NCBI GenBank assembly: GCA_965209085.1
Contig: OZ242376.1
Location: 1 to 64,000 of the forward strand
Direction: 5' to 3'
Origin: Nitrosopumilaceae archaeon
GTDB taxonomy: Archaea > Thermoproteota > Nitrososphaeria > Nitrososphaerales > Nitrosopumilaceae
DNA: 64,000 nucleotides
In this document: in pieces, positions 1-8,785 of the stretch
How positions within the stretch are numbered: the first letter of the stretch is position 1
How the letters are laid out: each line of letters begins with the position of its first letter
The notes under the pieces: generated by a model
Told to the model about the DNA's origin: nothing
The model's database searches: none
What the model saw: the letters and a program-made list of their open reading frames with translations, nothing else
Position numbers and translations under genes: made by a program

Positions 1-330
1 TACTATTACTTGATCTTTGGCAGCAAAATATGCATACCAACTACCATCACCAGCTTGAATCATTGCCAAATTGGCACCATTTATGGTAACATCTGGTTCT
101 AGATCACCAACATCGTCAATGCTGTCATCAGTTATGACAACTTCAATGACCATTGGTCCGTTGAAACTTTTGTCAAATAGTCTGTTATCTGCACTTACAA
201 AAAGATTCTCTGTCGCGGCGGCTGCAGAAGGCATAGAGCCTGGTACAGCGAACGCCACTGATCCGAGAATCATTGTGAATGCGAGAAATAAACTTGTTAA
301 ATTGTTTTTAATTTTTTTTGCGTTTTTCAT
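1..330 (-). CDS. S-layer-like surface protein, N-terminal part (runs off the window edge)
   Basis: Manual translation from ATG at 330: MKNAKKIKNNLTSLFLAFTMILGSVAFAVPGSMPSAAAATENLFVSADNRLFDKSFNGPMVIEVVITDDSIDDVGDLEPDVTINGANLAMIQAGDGSWYAYFA. Signal peptide plus NLFVSA/GPxVIEVV/EPDVTxNG/DGxWYxYFA motifs as recalled for Nitrosopumilus S-layer proteins. Not in the ORF track. Confidence 0.8.
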   Translation of the reverse strand, partial: MKNAKKIKNNLTSLFLAFTMILGSVAFAVPGSMPSAAAATENLFVSADNRLFDKSFNGPMVIEVVITDDSIDDVGDLEPDVTINGANLAMIQAGDGSWYAYFAAKDQVIV

Positions 331-421
331 TTTCTTAATTTTTGTCACCGAATTGAGTATATAAGCATAATGAACATCCCGTCATTATGAGCGATCACGT
401 ATCTAGTATGTAGGCATGGGG

Positions 422-664
422 TTATTTTAATTTTTTTGAAAGCTGATTCATGGATGCTTCGATTGCTTTTAGTCGTTTATCATTTTGGATTCCTGCCTCC
501 AACCGTATGTCGTATTCGTGCTGTAATGCATTAAGCTCGGTCTGAACATCTCCCACACATCCACAGTATTTGTTATTGCGATATCCATCTTTATCATAAT
601 ACATGTAATACAAATATTCTTTATTCTTAGTTTTTTTGATGCGGCGTATACCAACTTTGAACAT
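422..664 (-). CDS. Small basic putative DNA-binding protein with C-terminal coiled coil, divergent from the transposase
   Basis: 80-aa ORF; KEYLYYMYYDKDG..NKYCG beta motif resembles the N-terminal domain of SSV1-type integrases/DUF6788-like proteins (by eye). Confidence 0.55.
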   Translation of the reverse strand: MFKVGIRRIKKTKNKEYLYYMYYDKDGYRNNKYCGCVGDVQTELNALQHEYDIRLEAGIQNDKRLKAIEASMNQLSKKLK

Positions 665-697
665 ATGTTATATCTGTGGCACATACGTTTATACTTT

Positions 698-744
698 TAC
701 GTCTAAAAAGTGCTAACATTTATATACATATACGTCTAAAAAGT
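698..744. promoter_or_regulatory. Two 14-bp direct repeats TACGTCTAAAAAGT flanking a TATA-like box between divergent genes
   Basis: Exact copies at 698-711 and 731-744 (33-bp period) with TTTATATA between them. Confidence 0.55.
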
Positions 745-747
745 CGT

Positions 748-1884
748 ATGAAAAAAATCCATCCTGCAAGCAAACGCAGAGAAACAAGACAAAAAGACGA
801 GAGCTGGTTCCAAGTAAGATCGCAGACAAGCTCCTTTGATCTATGGTATGATGTTTTGCTAACAGAGACAGGTCTCAAATGCGACTGTCCCGAATACAGT
901 AACAGCAATTTAAAATGCAAACACATCTTTGCAATAGAAAACAGGTATCCTCAAACAAGAACAGAGCCGGTACAGGAGATAAAAGAAGAGATTGAAATTG
1001 TAAAAACGATAAACCCCATATCGATAAAATGCCGCAAATGTTATTCAGCGGATATAAAACGTGACGGTATTCGAAAAAACAGAAATCAAATTATACAAAA
1101 ATACAGATGCAACATATGCAGTGCATGGTTTTCAGGAAAACTGGGATTCAAAAACATGCATGCGTCACCGGAAACAATCACGCTTGCAATGCAGCTGTAC
1201 TTTACGGGCGAATCATTTCGTAACATTTCAAAAGCGTTAAAGCTGCGGGGATTAAATTTTACACATGTTTCAATTTACAAATGGATAAAACGTTACACGA
1301 AATTACTTGACACATATGCAAAAACCATAACGCCAAAGGTTGGATCAAAATGGCACGCTGATGAAGCGTGGGTAAAGATACGCGGGGATCAAAAATACAT
1401 GTTTGCCATGATGGACAACAAGACACGCTTTTGGATTGCACAAGAGGTTGCAGACTCTAAATTCAAACATGATACAAAAAGTCTTCTCGAGTTAGGCAGG
1501 GATCTTACCGGAATCACGCCGGACCTGTTTGTAACTGACGGCCTTCCGGCATACCATGATTCCTTTAAAAAAGTATTTGCCGGCAGGAAAAGAAAAAATT
1601 CTCCAAAGCACATCAGAGATGTACACTTTAAACACCAACTTCGAAACAACAACATACAGGAGAGACTAAACGGCGAGTTTAGAGACAGGGAGAAAATTTT
1701 CAGAGGTCTAAAGAAAACAGAATCTCCTGCATTTTCAGGCATGCAGTTTTATCATAATTTTATACGAACACATCAAGGTCTTGACGGAGATACTCCAGCT
1801 GATAGAGCTGGCATAAGGGTCAACGGTTCAGACAAGTGGCAAACCATGATAGGAAATGCAAGTGAGTATGATGGCAGACAATAG
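748..1884 (+). mobile_element. IS6-family (DDE_Tnp_IS240-like) transposase with N-terminal SWIM zinc finger and zinc ribbon
   Basis: SWIM CDC..CKH; CRKC..CNIC ribbon; HTH region; WHADE, VTDG and NNNIQERLN catalytic motifs; HNFIRTHQGL-TPA tail. ATG at 748 preferred over GTG at 676. Confidence 0.85.
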
Positions 1885-2500
1885 ACCAGGTCAAGATCCT
1901 TCCGGACCATATGATGAAGAGTATGAAGATATCAGAGAGGATATTTTATCGTACAAGGATGTTCCATCCAAGAAAAATATTGATTTACTCAAAGATACAC
2001 GCAACAAAGTAAGAGGTGAGATTGCACCAAGGATTGATGGTTTAATTTACAGCGTACGTGGAAACAGATCTGGAGTAATCAAAGTATTAAAGACAAAATG
2101 TGCAAAAGAGCCAACATGGTCAACCATATGCGAGTTCCGATATGCACAGGTCAAACTAGATGACTTTAAAGATAATGTTGCAACACATGCAAAGGAAAAT
2201 CAACTAAAAAATACTAGGGTAAATCAGGTTTGGCGGATAGGCATACAGCGTAGGAAACTAATCAAAAGATTAAAACTGTTAGAGACAAAATATTCCAAAA
2301 AACCTACATGGGAGACAAAGACGGAGATTGAATACATGCGGGAGTTTTTGGATGATCTGCATTCCCGGAACAACATTAATCCAAAAGAACCGTATGATGC
2401 TGGTACGGACCCCCATAGAAGGAGAACGATTTTTGCATTAAAAATGATAGGATCAGATGGCTCATTTTATTATTGCCCTCCGTGCAAGACCAAATTCTGA
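1856..2500 (+). CDS. Hypothetical passenger protein overlapping the transposase 3' end
   Basis: 214-aa ORF; internal repeat (KCAKEPTWSTICE / KYSKKPTWETKTE); C-terminal CPPC. Confidence 0.6.
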   Translation: MQVSMMADNRPGQDPSGPYDEEYEDIREDILSYKDVPSKKNIDLLKDTRNKVRGEIAPRIDGLIYSVRGNRSGVIKVLKTKCAKEPTWSTICEFRYAQVKLDDFKDNVATHAKENQLKNTRVNQVWRIGIQRRKLIKRLKLLETKYSKKPTWETKTEIEYMREFLDDLHSRNNINPKEPYDAGTDPHRRRTIFALKMIGSDGSFYYCPPCKTKF

Positions 2501-2587
2501 TTACATAGCATATCCTATTGCAGAGTGTACCCTGTGTTGATTGTAATCCTCAAAGGCGTATGATATTGCAGCCTCTGCATCCATTAT
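2501..2587 (-). pseudogene. IS3-family integrase-core C-terminal fragment
   Basis: Manual translation MDAEAAISYAFEDYNQHRVHSAIGYAM matches the YNxxRxHSxLGY rve motif. Confidence 0.6.
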
Positions 2588-2656
2588 GTACGAGGTCACA
2601 TCATATCCAAAATTTATACAATAAAAAAAAGTAAAAATAACACAAAATATCGTGCC

Positions 2657-2712
2657 ATGCAGATGTATTTTACAGGTATGTCAGTTAGAGATATTGTCAA
2701 CCACTATGAGAT
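2657..2712 (+). pseudogene. Fragment of a second IS6-type transposase
   Basis: MQMYFTGMSVRDIVNHYE resembles MQLYFTGESFRNIS in the 748-1884 transposase. Confidence 0.6.
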
Positions 2713-2728
2713 GAGCCTGTTAAGAGAG

Positions 2729-2842
2729 TCATGGTTGCCAAATAAACCAAATGTAAATGAGGCCAATTACAGTTATTGCCGCCATTATACCAATTGCTTT
2801 ACCTGCAGTGATGTTATTTTTTCTTCTAATTTCATCACTCAT
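2729..2842 (-). CDS. Small single-pass membrane protein (37 aa)
   Basis: Manual translation MSDEIRRKNNITAGKAIGIMAAITVIGLIYIWFIWQP. Confidence 0.4.
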   Translation of the reverse strand: MSDEIRRKNNITAGKAIGIMAAITVIGLIYIWFIWQP

Positions 2843-3204
2843 ACTGGTTAATTTTTTTAGTTTGTATATATACTACTCTAGAATGCAGTAAACAATCTGA
2901 ATTCATAAAACTCCCATAGATGCACTAGAACATAAATTAAGAAAAGATCGTTATTCATGAATAGCACATGATAATCTCACAGTACCTGATGTATTTTTGA
3001 CTGGTTTTTAAAAAATATGTAAATTAATTTAATGAGGTATGATGATGTACCTCAGATCACAGATAATCATTTGTGGGGATTTTTACCAGAAGGATTATCT
3101 GGCTGTTTGCTAGCGCCGCCAGAGTCACCATCGCCGCCGCCTTTGCCGGCATGTTTGTTATGCATGTTATTATTATTGTCAGCAGTTATTAAAAAAGTCA
3201 TCTA

Positions 3205-3366
3205 AAATAGATTCGTATTTGTGTATCCATGATGCTTGTTTTGAAAAACTCTCCAACGTCTGTTTTTAACACGCGTGTTTTAGATTAGTTTGCCTTTGCC
3301 ATCTAGTGCTTGTAGAGATTCTTTGTGAGTATCAATTCCAACAAACATGGATTTACCCCCAAACAT
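3205..3366 (-). pseudogene. IS110-family recombinase N-terminal relic
   Basis: MFVGIDTHKESLQALDGKGKLI*NTRVKN matches the VGIDxHK start of the DEDD IS110 domain; in-frame stop. Confidence 0.65.
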
Positions 3367-3580
3367 GGTGTTTTTGTTTACATTTTAGAGCCCGCGTTTA
3401 CGGATTTATCATTTGGGCAACCATCAAAATTCCTTGATTTTTGGGGCACATGTGGTTAGTTTACTTTGTTTTATTTTGTGCCTAGATCTTAATTTATCGT
3501 GTAAATTACAGGCATATTATGAACTCGTGGCAGAAATTTGATCAAAACCTATTATTAGGATTCAACGTTCAAATCACTAT

Positions 3581-3883
3581 ATGAGTAAAATCAACGCAGG
3601 CAAGGCAGCAGATATGCCTCCAAATTCAATAACAAAGCTGGAAAATGCCGACGTCTCAGTTGCAAACGTCAATGGGGAATTTTATGCCATTACCGATACG
3701 TGTACTCATGCCGGAGCTAGCATAGCAAACGGCAAAATTGACGGAGAGAACATCATCTGCGGATGGCATGCAGCATCCTTTGATTGCAAGAGTGGCAAAC
3801 TTACAAAGTTTCCAGCAAAAATAGAGGATCTAAAATCATACAAGGTTACAGTGGAAAACGGCGACGTTTTTGTAGAGGTTTAA
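3581..3883 (+). CDS. Rieske [2Fe-2S] ferredoxin
   Basis: CTH and CGWH ligand motifs. Confidence 0.9.
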   Translation: MSKINAGKAADMPPNSITKLENADVSVANVNGEFYAITDTCTHAGASIANGKIDGENIICGWHAASFDCKSGKLTKFPAKIEDLKSYKVTVENGDVFVEV

Positions 3884-3888
3884 TCAAA

Positions 3889-4158
3889 TTGCCTACCGAA
3901 AAAGAAAACACAGCAACTTTACATGAAGCACTTCGATCTTTAAACGAGGTATCCTCAAATGTTGCCACACCAAAGACGATAAAGAAAAACATAACAGACA
4001 TGATAGAAGATCTCACAAAAAAAGAGTATTCCATGGCAGTTCGGGCTGCAAATGCAATCAGCACGCTAGATGATGTAACGCAGGATCCAAACATGCCCTC
4101 TCACATCAGGGTTACTTTATGGCAGGCAGTATCAAAGCTGGAAAGTATAAGGGAATAA
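3889..4158 (+). CDS. UPF0147 family protein
   Basis: RAANAISTLDDVTQDPNMPSHIRVTLWQAVSKLE signature; TTG start inferred. Confidence 0.85.
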   Translation: MPTEKENTATLHEALRSLNEVSSNVATPKTIKKNITDMIEDLTKKEYSMAVRAANAISTLDDVTQDPNMPSHIRVTLWQAVSKLESIRE

Positions 4159-4177
4159 CTTTTTCGGTGCAGCTGCA

Positions 4178-4924
4178 TTGAAAATTGAAGATTACATAAA
4201 GAGTCTGCCGGAAAAAATAATCAGCGGTGAGGATGTACAACTCTCAGATAATGTTCTGCGTGAAATACTAGAGTTTGCAGGCATTGGGAAAAAAGATATT
4301 TTTTATCATTTGGGTTGCGGGGATGGGGTAGGTCCGGCAATTGCCGCAGAGTGTGGGGCACGTGCAATCGGCATTGATTCAAATCAAGAAAAAATCAATA
4401 AAGCTAAAAAAATACACAAAAATTCAACTGCCACATACGAATGTAAAAAAGTGCAGGATGCGGACATTTCGGATGCAACGTGTATATTTTTTTGGTTTGC
4501 CGACGAGGAGATTGTGGACTCTATATCAGAAAAATTGGAGGGTGTAAAACCTGGTTGCAAGGTTGTAACAATCTGGAGTCCGCTTCCCGGATGCCTGCCA
4601 AATAAGGTCCAGTTTCCGTTCATGCTGCATATTGTTCCATTTTCAAAAGCGGAAAACCTCACAGAGCAGATACTGCACGTATTTGGGGTAAAATGCATTG
4701 ATTTTGTAACCGCATGGGAGCACGCTGAAAAATACACGCGTGCAATACAGCCGGCAAATGCTGAAAACAACAGAGTGGTTACCATAATGCAGACTTTGAT
4801 CATATGGATTAACGCAAAAAATGCCAAAGTTGCCTGCGGCGATCAGATACCAGAGCCGATAAAAGCATATATGGATTTACTGCGAAATTGTTACAACATT
4901 GAGACCAAACATCTGTTAAAATGA
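4178..4924 (+). CDS. Class I SAM-dependent methyltransferase
   Basis: HLGCGDG motif I and GID motif. Confidence 0.8.
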   Translation: MKIEDYIKSLPEKIISGEDVQLSDNVLREILEFAGIGKKDIFYHLGCGDGVGPAIAAECGARAIGIDSNQEKINKAKKIHKNSTATYECKKVQDADISDATCIFFWFADEEIVDSISEKLEGVKPGCKVVTIWSPLPGCLPNKVQFPFMLHIVPFSKAENLTEQILHVFGVKCIDFVTAWEHAEKYTRAIQPANAENNRVVTIMQTLIIWINAKNAKVACGDQIPEPIKAYMDLLRNCYNIETKHLLK

Positions 4925-4962
4925 CGGCAGCTTTTAATTTGACATGATATAATATACTACAT

Positions 4963-5310
4963 ATGCAAAATACCCTACACATCAATGTATCTGCCATAGA
5001 TTATGATGCAACTAGCAGGGCAATAACAACAGTACTGGGCAGAATGCAGGATATTATACACGGTAAAGAAGAGTTTCAAATTACGGGTTCTGAAGCTGCA
5101 TTTGGATGGAATTTTTTTGTGGTTATCGTAAATGCAGAAGCTGTTGAAAAACTGGCCGCACTGTTGGGGGATGATTTTCAGCGTATGAAAGGAAAGGGAA
5201 TGGAAAAGAAATTTCTAACATGGCTTGAGCGGGGAATCGAAAACAAAACTCCGCGCTTCAAGATGGCCATAAAAGAAGAAATGGAATCAAGCAAGTTTGG
5301 AATATTTTAA
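4963..5310 (+). CDS. Hypothetical protein
   Basis: 115-aa ORF co-oriented with neighbours. Confidence 0.65.
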   Translation: MQNTLHINVSAIDYDATSRAITTVLGRMQDIIHGKEEFQITGSEAAFGWNFFVVIVNAEAVEKLAALLGDDFQRMKGKGMEKKFLTWLERGIENKTPRFKMAIKEEMESSKFGIF

Positions 5311-5314
5311 AAGA

Positions 5315-5387
5315 GGCCTCCGAGGAGAATCGAACCCCTGTCCGAGGATCCACAGTCCCCTATACTAGCCACTGTACTACGGAGGCC
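5315..5387 (-). tRNA. tRNA-His(GUG) with genome-encoded G-1
   Basis: Cloverleaf; anticodon arm GGGGA-CT GTG GA-TCCTC; GGTTCGATT T-arm; C73. Confidence 0.95.
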
Positions 5388-5472
5388 ACAGATAAAATGA
5401 TCTCATATTCAGATAATAACCTTTGAATTTTCATCATTTAATTTTAATATCGGCAATTTTCAACCACATGCC

Positions 5473-5559
5473 ATGAAGAGTCCCGGATGGTGGATAGGTA
5501 TGAGTATAGCTGCAGCACTCACGTACATTGGGGCCAATTATTTCATACCTTGGCTTTAG
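5473..5559 (+). CDS. Small membrane peptide (28 aa)
   Basis: Manual translation MKSPGWWIGMSIAAALTYIGANYFIPWL, one hydrophobic helix. Confidence 0.45.
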   Translation: MKSPGWWIGMSIAAALTYIGANYFIPWL

Positions 5560-5611
5560 GCGTATATCATATAACGATCTTTAAATTTACACATATATCC
5601 AATCATTTAGA

Positions 5612-6598
5612 ATGAGAGGTCAATTTATCGCAAAGCTGCGTCCATCAAAGAAAACGCCAAAGGTAACAAGCGTATCAGAAAAAATCCATACCGTGCAGGG
5701 TAACGGATTCGTATGGAAGGATCTGCAAAATCCGGACAGAGCAAAGCTTGAAGAGCTGCAAAAAGAGCATGGTCTGAATGCCTTAAACGTAGAGGACTGT
5801 CTTACAAAGTTTGAGCTTCCCAAGCTTGATGCATATGATGATCACGTATTTTTCATACTGCATTTTCCTCCGATTGGAACAAAAGAAATCTACAAACACA
5901 GCCAGCTTTCAGTATTTGCCGGCAATGGGTATCTCATTACCGTACACCAGGGAGACATGGATCCTCTTACAAAACTCGTGGATGACTGTGAGCAGTGCAA
6001 TTCCAACGGAACAGCACTACTTGAAAAATCAATGCCGGCCGTACTGCACGAGATTATCGATCTGTTGGTGGATGATCTTTTGCACATGATGCGGCGCATT
6101 ATATCAAATTTGGACGAGATTGAAGATTCAGTCTTTGATGATAAAAAATCAATCGCTAGGCGCATATCCATACTGCGGCGTGAAATTGTCAAGGTGAGGC
6201 GTACTGTCGGACCGTTAAAGCGCATAGTAATTGAGGCATCATCAAACATAGCAAAGATAGCGCCGGTTGGAGACTTGCAGTACCATTTTGATGACGTAAC
6301 TGATCATATTGATAAAATAGTTGACATGTTGGAGGAGGCACGCGAGACGATGGAAATTTACAAAGATACTGATTTTATGCTCAGTACTGAAAAAACAAAC
6401 AAAGTTTTAACAGTACTTACGATGATATTCACGCTAACAATGCCCACCACGTTGACAGGTACGCTGTATGGTATGAACGTGGTTTTGCCTGGAGCCGATC
6501 TTGGAATAGAGATTTTTGTAATTCTGCTAGCCTGCTCGTTTACCTTGACTGGGGTTATGTTTGCATATTTTAAAAAACTAGGCTGGCTGACAAATTAG
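5612..6598 (+). CDS. corA: CorA family Mg2+/Co2+ transporter
   Basis: YGMN signature, two C-terminal TM helices. Confidence 0.92.
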   Translation: MRGQFIAKLRPSKKTPKVTSVSEKIHTVQGNGFVWKDLQNPDRAKLEELQKEHGLNALNVEDCLTKFELPKLDAYDDHVFFILHFPPIGTKEIYKHSQLSVFAGNGYLITVHQGDMDPLTKLVDDCEQCNSNGTALLEKSMPAVLHEIIDLLVDDLLHMMRRIISNLDEIEDSVFDDKKSIARRISILRREIVKVRRTVGPLKRIVIEASSNIAKIAPVGDLQYHFDDVTDHIDKIVDMLEEARETMEIYKDTDFMLSTEKTNKVLTVLTMIFTLTMPTTLTGTLYGMNVVLPGADLGIEIFVILLACSFTLTGVMFAYFKKLGWLTN

Positions 6599-6701
6599 TA
6601 AATTATTGTACTGTATTTGTGTATATGGGCAAAAATTATCGTTTGGAAAATCATATTTGGACAATAAAATTTATATTATAGTATACCGTTATAATGTTAT
6701 A

Positions 6702-6845
6702 ATGGCATTACGTTCAGTTAAATCACTTAACCCAGAAGCATGGGAATTTCTAGTCGATTGTTTGAAAAAAGGTCCAAGTGAAAAACATAAAGAATTTACT
6801 AGAAAAGCAATAGAGCGTGCCAGTAAATTCAAAGTTATAGAGTGA
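6702..6845 (+). CDS. Putative short antitoxin (DUF1778/TacA C-terminal-like)
   Basis: MALRSVKSLNPEAWEFLVDCLKKGPSEKHKEFTRKAIERASKFKVIE; GTGA overlap with the downstream GNAT gene. Confidence 0.55.
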   Translation: MALRSVKSLNPEAWEFLVDCLKKGPSEKHKEFTRKAIERASKFKVIE

Positions 6846-7285
6846 TACACACTTTGAATGATATCAGTAACGAATACGTTATCTGTAAATATGATATAAA
6901 CAGAGATGATCTAGATACATTCCAATGTTCTGATGATGACTTTACAGAATATTTGAAAATAACGGCAGAATATGATCAAAAAAGTAAGTTTGGTCAAACA
7001 TGGTTATTTACATTAAATGAGGAAATTGTCGGATTTATCACTTTAGCAATGTCATATGCAAAAAAAGGTTTTCAAATTCCAAAATTAGATACATATGGAA
7101 ACATACCTGCATTGTTGATAAGTCATCTAGCAACATACAAGGATCATAAAAAAAAGGAATTGGAAGCGATATGGTAATGTGGGCAATAATAGAGCTAGAA
7201 ATATTTCTAAAGATATTGGTTGTCGATTGATCATACTTAAAGCAGATAAAGATGTTAGAAGATTTTATGAAAAATTAGATTTCAC

Positions 7286-8785
7286 GTAACTGTCTAGAGT
7301 TTTGAAGTTAAATTGGATAGATATTCTTCCAAATAATCATGAAAGTTCAGATTCCTCAACCTGCACGTCTCCTTTATGCTCATCAATATCTTGTGAGCTT
7401 TGGCACCATCCTCTGAGCGATGACCATTTGTAATTTTACGTATTACGACATTTGGTCGAATCCCCCTCTCGGCGGTATTGTTGTGCCAGTCAGTACCCGT
7501 TTTTAGAAACGTAAAGAGCATATCTTTTTCTCGCCTGATTCTTTTTACAAATCTGATACAGTTTTTCTCCTTGTACGGCTTTGAGATCAGTCTGTCAATT
7601 CTTACCTCTAGATTTTTCTTGATTTTAAGCCTCTTGATCTTGCTTTGTATCTTTGCAGCATCCTGTGAGTCGTAGAGTATTTTTTGCAGACGTTTTGCAA
7701 ATGGTTCAAACTCTTTGCCGGGGTTTTTATGATCTATTGTACCCAGGATCTCTCTTTTATAGTGAACATGGCAACGCTGATGTGTTTTACCAGCATAATT
7801 CCATGCTGGCCATGAATCGCTTGTAACGTTTCCCTCGTATCCTTTTAGTATTTTTTTTGGTACCTCGCGTCCACGTGATTTGTCAATTTCATATATGATG
7901 GTCCATTTTCCAACAAACACCCACAACCAGTGGTTGATGCCATCAATCCGCCAGCTGGTCTCATCTCCGTGTATGTTTAATTCTTGTTTTAATTCATTTA
8001 TCATCTGCTCGTACAGCGAACCAAACGCTGTCGCCATTTTTGTTATCACGTGGTTTATGGTGGAAGGTGTCACGTGTATCGAATACATTGTATTTACCAG
8101 TCGTGATATTTTTACATATGAAATTCCCAATAATTTGAGTGAGACGATAAACACTCCCAATCTGATCCCAAACCTACTGTTTGGAAGTGCGGTGTATATT
8201 TTTGGTGTGATTGTCTTTTTACAGTGTTTGCAATATCTTCGATATATCGTATATTCTGTATTGTACGTCTTTGCTGGAATAATATCCTCCACCGTACGGG
8301 TGTATTTGTCGATGATTTTTGAGAGCTTGTTTCCACATCCACTGCACATCTTTTGATCCACATTTGTTTTATTGTCGATTCTGATGGGTTTTTTTCTGCT
8401 GGTTCTTGTATGATCAGAGTATTTTCTTTCTGTAAGAGTTTTGGAAATGTTGGGTTTTGCATGGATATTCTTTGCGACAAGTTCTTTTACTGCAAATTTT
8501 AGATCATCTATTTCTTTTTGTTGATCTGCAGATTTTTTTTCAAGCATGGAACATTTTTCCTCAGATGCAGAATATTTGCTTTTCAGATCTGTAATCTCGC
8601 TTTTCTGTCGTTTATTGATACGTTGTAACTGCGCAATTTCTTGCGATACATAATGTGACCTTTGGTTGTGGTCATTTTGGTCACGTTCTGACAACAATTC
8701 GTTATGTTTGTGCCCGATCCATAAAGATCACGGTGGAAAATACTCGATCATATGATCAAATCGCTTCAAAACTCTAGACAGTTAC
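7286..8785 (-). mobile_element. IS66-family element (single-ORF ISBst12-like), 1500 bp
   Basis: Perfect 22-bp TIR GTAACTGTCTAGAGTTTTGAAG (7286-7307, 8764-8785); 8-bp TSD GATTTCAC (7278-7285, 8786-8793). Confidence 0.95.
7294..8697 (-). CDS. IS66 transposase (TnpC-like)
   Basis: Coiled coil, CSGC..CKHC zinc finger, HGDETSW, HQRCHVH, NNTAERGIR; stop codon lies inside the TIR. Confidence 0.92.
   Translation of the reverse strand: MLSERDQNDHNQRSHYVSQEIAQLQRINKRQKSEITDLKSKYSASEEKCSMLEKKSADQQKEIDDLKFAVKELVAKNIHAKPNISKTLTERKYSDHTRTSRKKPIRIDNKTNVDQKMCSGCGNKLSKIIDKYTRTVEDIIPAKTYNTEYTIYRRYCKHCKKTITPKIYTALPNSRFGIRLGVFIVSLKLLGISYVKISRLVNTMYSIHVTPSTINHVITKMATAFGSLYEQMINELKQELNIHGDETSWRIDGINHWLWVFVGKWTIIYEIDKSRGREVPKKILKGYEGNVTSDSWPAWNYAGKTHQRCHVHYKREILGTIDHKNPGKEFEPFAKRLQKILYDSQDAAKIQSKIKRLKIKKNLEVRIDRLISKPYKEKNCIRFVKRIRREKDMLFTFLKTGTDWHNNTAERGIRPNVVIRKITNGHRSEDGAKAHKILMSIKETCRLRNLNFHDYLEEYLSNLTSKL

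Noticed and set aside
71-364. 97-aa + strand ORF
   Set aside because: Antisense shadow of the S-layer-like gene
395-2540. TIRs for the IS6 module
   Set aside because: No convincing inverted match found by eye; the right flank is an IS3 relic
3400-3412. 13-mer ACGGATTTATCAT shared with 25648-25660
   Set aside because: Many 13-mer pairs are expected by chance in 64 kb and the flanks do not align
3425-3440. 16-mer CAAAATTCCTTGATTT shared with about 29423-29438
   Set aside because: AT-rich, near chance expectation and no extension
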